A stretch of DNA of 64,000 nucleotides from Candidatus Aenigmatarchaeota archaeon (GTDB lineage Archaea; Aenigmatarchaeota; Aenigmatarchaeia; CG10238-14; SCSR01): NCBI GenBank assembly GCA_039000425.1, contig JAWBPV010000005.1, positions 5,652 through 69,651 on the forward strand, written 5' to 3'. The position numbers and the translations under genes were made by a program. The notes below the pieces were generated by a model. It did not search any database. It worked only from the letters and a program-made list of their open reading frames with translations, and was not told the DNA's origin. Positions 9,528 through 19,551 of this stretch are shown piece by piece (position 1 is the stretch's first letter; each line of letters starts with the position of its first letter).

Positions 9528-9824
9528 ATGTATAAATTTAGGAAATTAACTGGAAATCTTAGATTGCTTAGCGTAATTTATGAAATCAAGTTTGACTCGG
9601 AAGAAGATTTGATTAACGTGTTGGAAAAACTGGATGAAGCGAAAGAAAAAATAGGTGAATTGATTTGTATGAAGCCAGAAAAATTGTCTTTATTCATCAT
9701 GAGGAAAGAATTTGAGCCGGAGTATTCAAAGGAGAAATTTGAAAAATATTTTAAAAATAAATTTAGAGTAAAAGAGATAAATCGCTACGTAAAAGAAGAA
9801 TTTCGTTACCAAGAATCAAACTGA
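9528..9824 (+). CDS. hypothetical protein
   Basis: 98-aa ORF, K/E-rich. No known motif. Confidence 0.35.
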   Translation: MYKFRKLTGNLRLLSVIYEIKFDSEEDLINVLEKLDEAKEKIGELICMKPEKLSLFIMRKEFEPEYSKEKFEKYFKNKFRVKEINRYVKEEFRYQESN

Positions 9825-9857
9825 ATAGATAGAACGTTTAAAAATCTCAAACTGTGA

Positions 9858-12800
9858 TCAGCTTTTACTCTTCCTCAAAGCTTCGAGTAAAAGTTTTCTT
9901 TCGATTTTAGCAACTTGTAATCTAACTTTATCTATAGCGTCAATGTTCACCGAAATGCTATCTATCCCTGCTTTAACCAAAAATTCAACGAATTCAGGCA
10001 AATTGCTCGGAGCTTCTCCACAAATCGAAGTTTCAACGTTATAACTTTTACAAACTTTTATCACATACTTTATCAACTTTTTAACACCAGAATGTGTTTC
10101 TGTGAAAATTTTTGCAAGTTTCTCGTTATTCCTATCTATCCCTAAAACAAGTTGACTCAAGTCGTTGGTACCGAAGCTTATGAAATCTATCCCTTCTTTG
10201 CAAAAATCTTCTATCGTTAGAGCAGCTGCCGGTGTTTCAACCATGATGCCGATTTCACAACTCGTTGGCAAACCAACCTCTTTCGCTATTTCTCTCGCTT
10301 TTCTCAATTCTTCGACAGAAATAACGAAGGGAAGCATAACATGGACGTTATTCAAACCTTCTGCGTGAAGCCTTTTTATAGCTTCGAACTCTGCTTTCAA
10401 TAGTTCTGGCTCATCTAAACTTCTCCTTATACCATGCCATCCAAGCATCGGGTTATCTTCTCTAGGTTCATTTTCCCCACCTTCTAAGTTTCTGAATTCA
10501 TCGCTTCTCGCATCTAAACTACGAACCCACACTGGCTTAGGATGAAAAGCTTTTGCTACCGGTCTTATACCATTCAATAAAATTTTTACGTATTCTTCAG
10601 TTTTTCCCTCCTTCACAAGCTTTGCCGGGTGAATTCCAGCTTTTGTTATCATATGTTCTATCCTTAGCAAACCAACACCATCTACTTTTCTTGCTATCTC
10701 TTCAACATTTTCAGGAAAAGCAAGATTAACTTTGATTTGTGTTACCGTAAGCTTATCCAAGGCAGGAAGTTCTTCTTCGAAAACTTTAACTTCCGGTCTT
10801 TTGATCTCAATCTTACCGGAATAAACTATTCCATTATAAGCATCAACAGTAACTTCTTGACCATCTTTCAAAACTTTTGTAGCAGTTTGTGTACCAACTA
10901 TGCATGGAATTCCCATTTCCCTACTAACTATTGCTGCATGACAATTTGAAATTAGCAAAGGGGTGTATCTTTTAGTGAACACAACATAATTTTTGTTAAT
11001 TTCTTCATCAGCTTCAACTTCAAAGTTAAATACTTCGGTTTCGAATGTTTCACCAGTTTCCTTAACTCTCAACATGGTTAAGTTTGAGTTCAATATACTT
11101 TTGAGTTCTTCTTTTTCTGTTTCTCCCAGCATAGGCAAGACTCTTTTTTCAACTTTATTTTTATCGATTAGAAGGTTCTTCCTTATGTAAGGCTTTATTC
11201 TCCCCTTCCAGTTTGCTACCTCTTCTAATCCTTCAAGAATTTGTTTAGCCGCAAAGAATTTAGTTCCAGTTTTCCTTTCTTTCAACTCTGTTTTAACTCT
11301 TTTACATCTTTGTAAAATTTCGTTTGTCCTTTCTACAATCTGAACATTCCAAATATCTCTATTTTTAGTTATTTGTGGGAGAATTCCCAGATTTAAACAA
11401 GTTATTACTATTCCTCTTAATATGTTTTCATCTGAAACGTATATTTGAATTCTATTACCAGAGGCTGTCCCATCTCCGTCGACAAGTCCTGCAAGAAAAG
11501 CTAGTGAGGTGCTCTCATTGAGGAATAAACACCAAGAACTTAAGTGTTGATAGATTTTTTCTAGCATCAAGGCGGGATAGAGTCTAGTTGATATGTAATC
11601 GCATGCCATCCCAATAACTTTTCTTCCCCTTATTTCTGTTCTGACTACTTTTTCTTTAGGTCCGCTAAACTCATAACCAAAAATTTCTTTAAAATAGTTT
11701 ATAACAGTGTTGATGTAATCAACTTTTGATTCTTCTTCTTTTTGAGTAAATATGACACAACCTCTTCTTAAATTTCCAGTTTTTCCTTTAAAAATTTTCC
11801 AATAGCCATCGGAAAGGATACTGCCAACTAAATATCCAAGTTTCTCGTTACAAATTTTACATTCAAACGGTAGAGTAAAAGGTACACAAACAGCTAAATT
11901 CTTGTTTAAAATTTCTTGGACCTCTTTTTTAACTAATTTTCTCTTTTCATAAGTGAAAATTTTATGATCAGGAGTTATTCTTATGGAGTTATCTTTGATC
12001 CTTCCAGTTTGTGAAACAGAAATTTCTATAGTTTTAGCAACTCTTCTAAAAGTTCTTTTAATTTTCTTCCAAACAGGTTTATTTTCAAAACAATCAAAAG
12101 ATAGGATATAAACTTTCTCTTTATTCATAACTTTTTCGTAAAGTTCTTTTGCGGTAACAAAACCTTTTGGTGTTAAAAGAAAAGTATCGCCAGATATACA
12201 TGTTCTACCACCAGCATCAGTTATTATCGCGGCACACTTGCTCATAGTTGGTACTAAATCAGGACTTGTCATTTCTGTAACGAGTATATCACCTTTCTCC
12301 ACTTTCGTTATATCTTGTAAACCGTGCACTATTTTCACTTTGCCAGAAGCTATTCCAGGAGAAACACCCAGACCTTTTATCAAGATCTCACCTTCAACTT
12401 TCATTTCTTCTTTCTTCCCAACAGCAGTTACTGCTCTCGCTTGAACTATGAAAATTCTACCTTTTTCCAGGGCAAATTCTATATCTTGCGGTTTACCGTA
12501 ATGCTTTTCTATAATTTTTCCATATTCAGCCAGCTGTAATATTTGATCATCAGTTAAAACTTGAACGTTAACTTTCTTTTCAGCAACCGGTAACACTATG
12601 GTTTTATCAGTTGCCAGATCTCTAACCCTCATCTTCTCTTTCCTACCTATCTTTTTCTCCAAAATTCTTCCGTCTTTTGAGACTCTGTAGAAATCTGGCT
12701 CGACTTCACCAGAAACTAAACTTTCTCCCAAACCCCAGGTTGCTTCTATAACAATTTCATCTTCACCTGTTGTTGGATTTACTGTGAACATGACACCAGA

Positions 12801-13409
12801 AGCATCAGCATTCACCATTTTTTGAACCACAACTGCAATACTAGCATGCTTTATGTTGTTTTTTTCCCTGTAGAAAATTGCTCTAGGTTCATACAAACTT
12901 GCCCAGCATTTCTTCACCGCTTCAAGATAATCCTTTACTCCTTTAACGTTCAAAAAACTTGCCTGCTGGCCTGCAAAGCTAGCTTGTGGCAAATCTTCGG
13001 CTGTAGCGGAACTTCTAACAGCAACTAAAGCGTAATCCCTACCAGCAGCTATTAGCTCCAAAGCTTTTGGTGTTATTATCTCTTCTGTGAAAGACAATTC
13101 ACGATAAGCATCTATCAATTCACTCCTCATACCAATCGGAAAATCTTGTGAAGAAATAAGCTCCTTGATTTTTTTAGAAGTTTCAAGTAGCTGTTGTGTG
13201 TTGTCTACATCGCAAGCATCTATTAATTCTTGAATTTTTTCTTTTATTCCACCCAATTCTATGAATTTTTCAAAGGCTTTTGTGGTTATCACGAAACCTG
13301 GGGGAACAGGCATTTTCATCCTAGTTAATTCACCAAGATTTGCCCCTTTTCCCCCAGCTATGTTTATAGAATCTTTGTTCAATTGTTCAAACCATGCTAC
13401 GAATTCCAT
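9858..13409 (-). CDS. ppsA: phosphoenolpyruvate synthase precursor containing one intein
   Basis: 1183 aa. N-terminal GGKGANLGEL...MPVPPGF ATP-grasp domain. The phosphohistidine loop GGRT/CHAAIVSREMGIP is split by a 419-aa insertion. Exteins total 764 aa. Confidence 0.9.
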   Translation of the reverse strand: MEFVAWFEQLNKDSINIAGGKGANLGELTRMKMPVPPGFVITTKAFEKFIELGGIKEKIQELIDACDVDNTQQLLETSKKIKELISSQDFPIGMRSELIDAYRELSFTEEIITPKALELIAAGRDYALVAVRSSATAEDLPQASFAGQQASFLNVKGVKDYLEAVKKCWASLYEPRAIFYREKNNIKHASIAVVVQKMVNADASGVMFTVNPTTGEDEIVIEATWGLGESLVSGEVEPDFYRVSKDGRILEKKIGRKEKMRVRDLATDKTIVLPVAEKKVNVQVLTDDQILQLAEYGKIIEKHYGKPQDIEFALEKGRIFIVQARAVTAVGKKEEMKVEGEILIKGLGVSPGIASGKVKIVHGLQDITKVEKGDILVTEMTSPDLVPTMSKCAAIITDAGGRTCISGDTFLLTPKGFVTAKELYEKVMNKEKVYILSFDCFENKPVWKKIKRTFRRVAKTIEISVSQTGRIKDNSIRITPDHKIFTYEKRKLVKKEVQEILNKNLAVCVPFTLPFECKICNEKLGYLVGSILSDGYWKIFKGKTGNLRRGCVIFTQKEEESKVDYINTVINYFKEIFGYEFSGPKEKVVRTEIRGRKVIGMACDYISTRLYPALMLEKIYQHLSSWCLFLNESTSLAFLAGLVDGDGTASGNRIQIYVSDENILRGIVITCLNLGILPQITKNRDIWNVQIVERTNEILQRCKRVKTELKERKTGTKFFAAKQILEGLEEVANWKGRIKPYIRKNLLIDKNKVEKRVLPMLGETEKEELKSILNSNLTMLRVKETGETFETEVFNFEVEADEEINKNYVVFTKRYTPLLISNCHAAIVSREMGIPCIVGTQTATKVLKDGQEVTVDAYNGIVYSGKIEIKRPEVKVFEEELPALDKLTVTQIKVNLAFPENVEEIARKVDGVGLLRIEHMITKAGIHPAKLVKEGKTEEYVKILLNGIRPVAKAFHPKPVWVRSLDARSDEFRNLEGGENEPREDNPMLGWHGIRRSLDEPELLKAEFEAIKRLHAEGLNNVHVMLPFVISVEELRKAREIAKEVGLPTSCEIGIMVETPAAALTIEDFCKEGIDFISFGTNDLSQLVLGIDRNNEKLAKIFTETHSGVKKLIKYVIKVCKSYNVETSICGEAPSNLPEFVEFLVKAGIDSISVNIDAIDKVRLQVAKIERKLLLEALRKSKS
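10944..12200 (-). mobile_element. intein (419 aa) with LAGLIDADG homing-endonuclease domain inside ppsA
   Basis: Starts with Cys (CISGDTF) directly after GGRT. Ends with ...LLISN followed by extein Cys (CHAAIV). Internal block-B-like TPDHK. Two LAGLIDADG motifs (LGYLVGSILSDGYW; LAFLAGLVDGDGTASG). Junction codons verified at 12198-12200 (TGT) and 10941-10946 (AAT|TGT). Confidence 0.85.
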
Positions 13410-13441
13410 GATTATAATTTCTCGCTTTTATTAAAAATCTT

Positions 13442-13960
13442 TCATCCCTCTACTTCAATTCTAACAGGAGTAGGTAATTTGAGACCTGCTTTCTTCAAAG
13501 CTTTTTTCCCCAAATCCAAATTTTCTTTCTTAACTTTCAATAAAAATAATCTTTGACCTTTCTTGGTTTGAACTGCCCTACAAGCTGGTTTACCGAAAGC
13601 TAGTCTCATGCCTTGTGAATACCTGTCAGCACCAGCACCTTGTGCTATTGGTTTTTCTCTTACCACATGATGTGGATAAACCAATATCTTCATGAAATAA
13701 TTGGAAGAACCAAGCTTTGATTCCAGGAATTTATGTGCGACAACTCTCGCAGCTTCCAAGGCATTATCTCTTATCTGCACAGCTCTTTTAGCAACAAGAT
13801 AAAGATTTAAATCGAATTCACCATTTTTATTTCCCATTTCAAACTGATGCGTTTTGGGGAAAGGTGCTCCCGCGACATAACTTTTCCTCGGAACTTTTCT
13901 AGAAATTCGAGTATACGGTCTTTCTATTCTCCTCATCGTTCTTCCTGGTCTTAGCGCCAT
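13442..13960 (-). CDS. rpl10e: 50S ribosomal protein L10e (uL16)
   Basis: 172 aa. MALRPGRTMRRIERPYTR N-terminus and overall uL16/L10e pattern. Confidence 0.9.
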   Translation of the reverse strand: MALRPGRTMRRIERPYTRISRKVPRKSYVAGAPFPKTHQFEMGNKNGEFDLNLYLVAKRAVQIRDNALEAARVVAHKFLESKLGSSNYFMKILVYPHHVVREKPIAQGAGADRYSQGMRLAFGKPACRAVQTKKGQRLFLLKVKKENLDLGKKALKKAGLKLPTPVRIEVEG

Positions 13961-14011
13961 TTTCTCAACCTAAAATATTTAAAAGATTTGATTTAAATAT
14001 TTTAGAAGAAA

Positions 14012-14521
14012 ATGGCAGAGAGAATATCGAAACAAGAATATTATTTGGAAATAGCAAGGGCCGTTGCTCAAAGATCTCCTTGTATTAGACGACAGTTCGG
14101 AGCTATAATAGTAAAGAATGATGCCATCATCTCTACAGGCTACAACGGCCCTGCTAGGGGTGTTGTTAATTGTTTAGAAGTGGGTTGTTTAAAAAACGAA
14201 CTCAACTTACCTCATTACTCTGGTTATGAATTTTGCACAGGAGTTCATGCTGAAGAGAATAGTATAATAAATGCAGCGAGGAATGGTTCTAGCACTATCG
14301 GCGGAACTCTTTACATATTCGGTCAAAATTTCGGAGATAAATCGATAGTAGAGGCTAAACCATGCGACAGGTGTAAGAGAGCTATAATAAACGCGGGTAT
14401 TGAAAAAGTGATCATAAAGAAATCGGATGGCTCTATACAAGTTTTTGAAGTTAAAGAATGGGTTTCAGAAGATACAGAAAATTATCTGAAAAAATTGAAA
14501 GAAGCGAGAATGAAGCTTTAA
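14012..14521 (+). CDS. dCMP / cytidine-deoxycytidylate deaminase
   Basis: 169 aa. HAEENS zinc-binding motif plus PCDRCKRAI. Confidence 0.8.
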   Translation: MAERISKQEYYLEIARAVAQRSPCIRRQFGAIIVKNDAIISTGYNGPARGVVNCLEVGCLKNELNLPHYSGYEFCTGVHAEENSIINAARNGSSTIGGTLYIFGQNFGDKSIVEAKPCDRCKRAIINAGIEKVIIKKSDGSIQVFEVKEWVSEDTENYLKKLKEARMKL

Positions 14522-14564
14522 ATACCCCTGAAACTCAATTCTTATTAGATTTGGAGGTGAAGTG

Positions 14565-14729
14565 ATGGCCCTGGTTGTAAAATCCGCTGTTAGGAATCTA
14601 CTCAAAGGGATGAGAGCTAGTGAAGATTTCTGGAAAGCAGTAGATGCTGAAGTTAGTGCTGCTGTTAAGAAAGCGATCGAGAGAGCAAAAGCGAATGGTA
14701 GGAAGACAGTAAGAGGATGTGATTTGTAA
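14565..14729 (+). CDS. small histone-fold-like protein (DUF1931-like), 54 aa, not in ORF track
   Basis: ATG at 14565 preceded by GGAGGTGA. Product MALVVKSAVRNLLKGMRASEDFWKAVDAEVSAAVKKAIERAKANGRKTVRGCDL matches my memory of the archaeal DUF1931 consensus (KAIERAKANGRKTV). Confidence 0.55.
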   Translation: MALVVKSAVRNLLKGMRASEDFWKAVDAEVSAAVKKAIERAKANGRKTVRGCDL

Positions 14730-14842
14730 ATTTTTTTGCCCTTCATCAGAAGGGTTTTTCCTTTTTTTAATTTAAGTAGCTCTAAGGATTATGAAAATCA
14801 TTTTTTGAAAATTTATTAACATGAACAACCAACTTTTTTAAA

Positions 14843-15412
14843 ATGGTGGATTTCGTAATAGGTATAACTGGCACGATAGGTTCTGGAAAAGAAGTGGTTA
14901 GAAAAATTTTAGAGAGTAAGTTCAGCTGCTACTCAGTTACTCTATCTTCGGTAATCTTAGCACATGTGAAAGTTAAACCTGATAGGTCAACGCTACAAGA
15001 CCTTGGAAATGAGCTGAGGAAAAAATACGGCAATTTCATTCTAGCAAAACTCGCCACGGATTACCTTCAAAGGGATAAAGAAATGATAATAGTGGATGGT
15101 ATAAGGAATCCTGGTGAAGTTGATTATCTGAAAAAAACTTTTGGTAATAAATTTTTCTTGATAGCTGTAGATGCACCTAGGGAATTGAGATGGGAAAGGA
15201 TAAAAGCCAGGGGGAAAGAAGGTGACCCGAAAAGTTGGGAAGAATTCATAAGTGTAGATGAGAGAGATCAAGGGGTTGGAGAACCTTTACACGGACAAAG
15301 AGTCAGGGATTGTATGAATATGGCAGATTTCCTAATAATTAACGATAGCACCATTGAAGATCTTGAAAGAAAAGTAAGCGAAGTGATAAAAAAGTTAAAA
15401 AGTGGTGTTTAA
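14843..15412 (+). CDS. P-loop nucleotide/nucleoside kinase (dephospho-CoA-kinase-like, UPF0200-like)
   Basis: 189 aa. GITGTIGSGK Walker A. Lid-like DGIRNPGEVDYLK. Confidence 0.55.
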   Translation: MVDFVIGITGTIGSGKEVVRKILESKFSCYSVTLSSVILAHVKVKPDRSTLQDLGNELRKKYGNFILAKLATDYLQRDKEMIIVDGIRNPGEVDYLKKTFGNKFFLIAVDAPRELRWERIKARGKEGDPKSWEEFISVDERDQGVGEPLHGQRVRDCMNMADFLIINDSTIEDLERKVSEVIKKLKSGV

Positions 15413-15414
15413 CT

Positions 15415-16590
15415 TTAAAACCAATCCCAACTTTTCTTCTCCTCCTCTTTTTTCTTCTTCAAAATCTTCAAATTCTTTTTAGCTAAAATCTCAGCTTCTC
15501 TGGCAGCTTTTTCATCGTTTCCAACACCACAAGTGTTACCTACACCGACCACTAAAATTCTTCCTTTAGAATTTTCAACATTTCTTTCAACAACTTCCAT
15601 AACTACAGGGATGGACTTTAAAATTTCCTCTGTCAATGGCTGAATTGCTTCTTCTTGAGACATCTTTATCACGATAGAATCTAAAGGTATTTTCTTCTTC
15701 GTTGCTATTTCCTCTATAAAAGCCCTATCCACACCTATACCTCCTATAGCAACACCAACACCTTCAGCAACTTTTCCAGTTTTCTCACCCTCAAGCTTTA
15801 GTGCGGCATCTATGGTTATTATCTTTTTTATCTTCTTCTCTTTCACCAACTTTTCGACCACTCTTCCAAGCTTTCCTAACCTACCACCTGGTCCTTTGGC
15901 TTTAATTATCCAAACTCTCTTACCTTTTATCTTTCTCTCAGCTATTACCACATCACCTCCGATTTCCTTGACTTTTCCACTACCTATCAACCTCGCAGCA
16001 ACCATCGGTCCTATCGAATCGCCTATCGGCCAACCATTAGTTAAGGCTTCAACCCCGTTGAGTAGGGCTTTTGACATTTTTTCTATAACCGGCATCTGCA
16101 TTTCCAACAACATACCAAGTTGTAAGTTTTTCGTTTTTCTAACCAACTCAACGTAATGCCTAACTAGTTTGGTAAGTTGGTGTAGTAATATAGTAGCGTT
16201 CAAGCCCATCACAAGGTTAGCTTGAGCCTCTTTATCAAATTTTGAAGCTATATTCTTCACGAACATCTTAAATTTCTCCTCAGAAAGATTCGAAATGTGT
16301 TCAAGTTTTTTAACTATACCGTATGGATCTAGATTAACAGGCTCTATAGCGAAAAATTCGAGGAAATTATCGACCCTTTCCCTCAAGTTCCTCTCAGGTT
16401 TTTTGGATATTTTCTTCAAAACTATTTTCTTTGCTTGACTCGTGAGATTTTCGAGCATGGATACGGATTTTTCAAGTCTCCAGAGTAGTTGAGATACCAT
16501 GATTTTCGGGTAGAAGTTGAAAAAGATGAGTAGGATTAATAACCATAACAAATTAGTCCATATGTCCCCGCCTATTTGAAAAAAATTCAA
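15415..16590 (-). CDS. membrane-anchored conserved archaeal protein (DUF1512-like)
   Basis: 391 aa. N-terminal TM helix, K/E-rich C-terminal tail. The family assignment is from memory only. Confidence 0.4.
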   Translation of the reverse strand: MNFFQIGGDIWTNLLWLLILLIFFNFYPKIMVSQLLWRLEKSVSMLENLTSQAKKIVLKKISKKPERNLRERVDNFLEFFAIEPVNLDPYGIVKKLEHISNLSEEKFKMFVKNIASKFDKEAQANLVMGLNATILLHQLTKLVRHYVELVRKTKNLQLGMLLEMQMPVIEKMSKALLNGVEALTNGWPIGDSIGPMVAARLIGSGKVKEIGGDVVIAERKIKGKRVWIIKAKGPGGRLGKLGRVVEKLVKEKKIKKIITIDAALKLEGEKTGKVAEGVGVAIGGIGVDRAFIEEIATKKKIPLDSIVIKMSQEEAIQPLTEEILKSIPVVMEVVERNVENSKGRILVVGVGNTCGVGNDEKAAREAEILAKKNLKILKKKKEEEKKSWDWF

Positions 16591-16611
16591 CTTTTTTCAC
16601 CCATAATTTAG

Positions 16612-17319
16612 ATGGTAAAAAGAATATTTATTTTTACTCGTATAAATAAATTAAGTGGGAGAGTGAAGTGGAAGCTTCTACTTGCCGTTGCCATAGCTCT
16701 AGCTTTCTTAGGTCTACTAATTTTCACGGAGCAAGGTAGGGAATATACTACACTCATAGGAAATAGTGTTAGAGGTGGGGTAGATACCCTGAGCAACCTT
16801 GTTGGAAATTTCATTAAAGTGGGGGGAGAAAATTTTGAATTACAACTTTCGTTAGACAGAAATGCTATTTATGGACAAACTTTTTCCCTTTCCAACACAA
16901 ACTTATTGGCTTCAGGCGATATCATATTTTTAAAGATAGATGACAAGATTTGGGAAGTTAGTAGAAGAGTGGAAATCGAGATGGTGTGTGATGGAAATAT
17001 AGTTATAGAGAAAAATGGGAAATTTAGCATAAAAGGAAAGGCTAAAAATTTCAGGATAGATGATTTTAAAGTTGATGATGTTAAATTTGAAGTTGAAATC
17101 TTTCCAGTAGAAATTTCTTTTGGTGGAAAGAGTAGATTGCTAAACATGACTTCAGTTTCAGGAACGTTGAGCAAAAAAGTTGGTAACGTTGAATTCACCG
17201 CAAACCTTTACCAAGATAACTTGAGAATAACTGATTTTTCTGGTACGATCGAAATAAGCGAAAAAACGAAAATGGGTGGGAATGCGAGTAGCTTGGAAAT
17301 AAATGGTAATAAAGTTTAG
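16612..17319 (+). CDS. secreted/membrane-anchored hypothetical protein
   Basis: 235 aa. N-terminal hydrophobic segment (KLLLAVAIALAFLGLLIF). An in-frame GTG at 16663 is an alternative start. Confidence 0.5.
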   Translation: MVKRIFIFTRINKLSGRVKWKLLLAVAIALAFLGLLIFTEQGREYTTLIGNSVRGGVDTLSNLVGNFIKVGGENFELQLSLDRNAIYGQTFSLSNTNLLASGDIIFLKIDDKIWEVSRRVEIEMVCDGNIVIEKNGKFSIKGKAKNFRIDDFKVDDVKFEVEIFPVEISFGGKSRLLNMTSVSGTLSKKVGNVEFTANLYQDNLRITDFSGTIEISEKTKMGGNASSLEINGNKV

Positions 17320-17328
17320 GGAGTTTGG

Positions 17329-17781
17329 ATGAGGGATAAAAAGTTGAGAAGGGAGAAACCAGTTGTGGCACTTTTTGTCGATGGTCCTAACATGCTAAGG
17401 AAAGAATTCATGATAGATTTGAGAGAGTTGAGGAGAAGGGCTGAGAAGTATGGTAGGGTTGCCATAGCAAAAGTTTTCTTGAATCAGTTTGCACCGGAAA
17501 AATTGATAGAAGCAGTTATAAACGAGGGTTTTGAAACAGTAATGGTTTTGGCTGAAAAGGAAGAAGGAGCAAGCGATGTTGATGTTGCTCTAGCTGTGAG
17601 TGCCATGGAAGCTTTGTTAACTAAGAATGTTGATGTTATAGCTATAGCAACAAGGGATGCAGATTTTTTACCGGTTGTTTTAAAAGCTAAGGAATATGGT
17701 AAGAAAGTGGTTGTTTTAGGTTTAGAACCAGGTTTTTCGGTTAGTATAAGAAATGCTGCAGATTTCGTTGAAAACTTGTAA
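17329..17781 (+). CDS. NYN-domain (LabA-like) protein
   Basis: 150 aa. VALFVDGPN ... ATRDADF ... VVVLG pattern of the NYN/LabA PIN-like fold. Confidence 0.7.
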   Translation: MRDKKLRREKPVVALFVDGPNMLRKEFMIDLRELRRRAEKYGRVAIAKVFLNQFAPEKLIEAVINEGFETVMVLAEKEEGASDVDVALAVSAMEALLTKNVDVIAIATRDADFLPVVLKAKEYGKKVVVLGLEPGFSVSIRNAADFVENL

Positions 17782-17820
17782 TGAATTTAAATTCGTGAAG
17801 ATAAATAATAAAAAGAGATT

Positions 17821-18135
17821 ATGGGCTGGTTGAAAAAACTTTTGGGAAAAGAAGAGGCGATTGAACTTCCAGAAGAAGAGGAGCCAACCAATCCTATTTA
17901 CGTAAGAGTCGAAAAATTGAAAGATTTCATGGATGTTGACAGAATAGCGAAGCTAGTAAGGGAAGGAAACATAGTTTTTGTGAAAACGAAAGAGTTGCAG
18001 AAAACTGACTTAGGAGAATTCCAAAACTGTGTTCACAAGCTCAAGAGGATATCTAATCAATACGGGTTTGATTTAGTTGGAACAGAAGACGGATACCTAG
18101 TGGTGACACCGAGTTTTGCAAAGATAGTGAGATGA
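17821..18135 (+). CDS. sepF: cell-division protein SepF homologue (DUF552)
   Basis: 104 aa. C-terminal YGFDLVGTEDGYLVVTP matches the SepF core. Confidence 0.65.
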   Translation: MGWLKKLLGKEEAIELPEEEEPTNPIYVRVEKLKDFMDVDRIAKLVREGNIVFVKTKELQKTDLGEFQNCVHKLKRISNQYGFDLVGTEDGYLVVTPSFAKIVR

Positions 18136-18137
18136 TT

Positions 18138-19466
18138 TTAAATTTTCAAATAGTCCAGTATCTTTCTTTGATAGAGTAATTTTCGTAAAATATCGCTGTT
18201 TTCAATCCAATCTTTAAGCTTTATTTCCAGTTTAGAAGAAACGTAAAGAAGTGCTTCTTCCAACGAATTGAAATTAACAGGTTTTTTCTTCAAAGCTATC
18301 CTAACATTTTCCCTAACATTCCAAACACCAACCGGTAAGATGTAGCCAGGATGGGCTTCCCTGAATATCACCACACCGGCTTGTCTTTTTTCCCTTTTAA
18401 GATATTCGCTAACAGCAAGCCTAGCAGCGTAATAACAACCACCTATTTCAGCGTAGTACTTTCTTCCTTCAAAACCTTCTGAGCTAGAATAAATTACAAC
18501 TTCCCTACCAGCAGGATTCCAAGTTGTTCTGGGATACCAAGCTTCTATGAGCTCGTACTGCCAATTAGAAGGGATCATCAAAATTACCCATCTGTTATCT
18601 AGAGCAAAATGCTCATAAACTCTGAACTCGTTTATGAGAGGAAATGTTTTAACTTCTTCCAGAAGTTTTTGTGAGATTATGCTGTCAACCGCTGTTATGC
18701 TCATCTTGGTTGGAACAAAACATCGATTCTTCTCTATTCCAAGCAATCCAGCAGAAAAAGCTGTTTGAATCTTAGATATCAACACGTGTTTGTTGTAAAG
18801 CATCATAACAGCGTCCGTAGCCTTCAAATCAATATCACTGAAAGCTTTTTCAATTCTTTGATCGGTCTTGACGTTCCCTATACGTAATTCCTTCAATGGG
18901 GCTGAAGGACCAAATGGTTGAACATCATCATCTAATATTAATTTTCCTGATGGTTTTTTCGTGAATTCTACTTCCGCATCTGTTGGAATTTTAGAGAGGG
19001 CTAATTCCCTCGTGAGCTCAACTATTTTTCCTTGCGTAACATTTTTAACATTAACTCTATATTTACCTCTCACCAATTGGGAACGAAAGTTGACGATCTC
19101 ATCGATAGATTTTCCAGGCCAAAATTCTGGTGTATCTAAAATCCTCGTATCACCATGGAAAGGTGGGACCAAAGGTCCTACAAAACAGTATGGATAACCA
19201 AACTTGCCAACAAATATGCTACCAGGTGCAGAACCTTCCAACCTAAGGCTGTCTGTTAAAGGTGCAGTTTTCATCTGAGCATAGAATCTAACCAAAATAG
19301 GACATCTCGTCTTTCCACATAGAAGTTTTCCACCCCTACATAAAACACAGCGAAAATTTCGGGTAATCTTTACGTTGATGTTGCTCAATTCTGAAAGAAC
19401 ATTGTTGTTATCGATAAAAGAAATCCAAGGGTTTCTTATTTTTTGAAAATTTAATTTTCTTTGCAT
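18138..19466 (-). CDS. nreA: DNA-repair protein NreA (Nre family)
   Basis: 442 aa. N-terminal Cys4 cluster (CVLCRGGKLLCGKTRCP) followed by DUF650/651-like regions with archaeal NreA length and layout. Confidence 0.7.
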   Translation of the reverse strand: MQRKLNFQKIRNPWISFIDNNNVLSELSNINVKITRNFRCVLCRGGKLLCGKTRCPILVRFYAQMKTAPLTDSLRLEGSAPGSIFVGKFGYPYCFVGPLVPPFHGDTRILDTPEFWPGKSIDEIVNFRSQLVRGKYRVNVKNVTQGKIVELTRELALSKIPTDAEVEFTKKPSGKLILDDDVQPFGPSAPLKELRIGNVKTDQRIEKAFSDIDLKATDAVMMLYNKHVLISKIQTAFSAGLLGIEKNRCFVPTKMSITAVDSIISQKLLEEVKTFPLINEFRVYEHFALDNRWVILMIPSNWQYELIEAWYPRTTWNPAGREVVIYSSSEGFEGRKYYAEIGGCYYAARLAVSEYLKREKRQAGVVIFREAHPGYILPVGVWNVRENVRIALKKKPVNFNSLEEALLYVSSKLEIKLKDWIENSDILRKLLYQRKILDYLKI

Positions 19467-19551
19467 GATTCATTTCGCCCTTCAGTTATTTGAACTCTTA
19501 ATTCCATGAAATTATATCGGGATTCAGTTTATAAACCTTTAGACCAAAGAA

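Noticed and set aside
9128-9824. Two adjacent small hypothetical ORFs, considered as a split gene or toxin-antitoxin pair
   Set aside because: They lie in different frames, have no shared or recognisable motifs, and have no intervening stop that would suggest a frameshifted single gene. They are left as hypotheticals.
14465-14746. 93-aa minus-strand ORF
   Set aside because: It overlaps the dCMP deaminase 3' end and the SD-preceded DUF1931-like gene on the opposite strand. Its composition is not protein-like.
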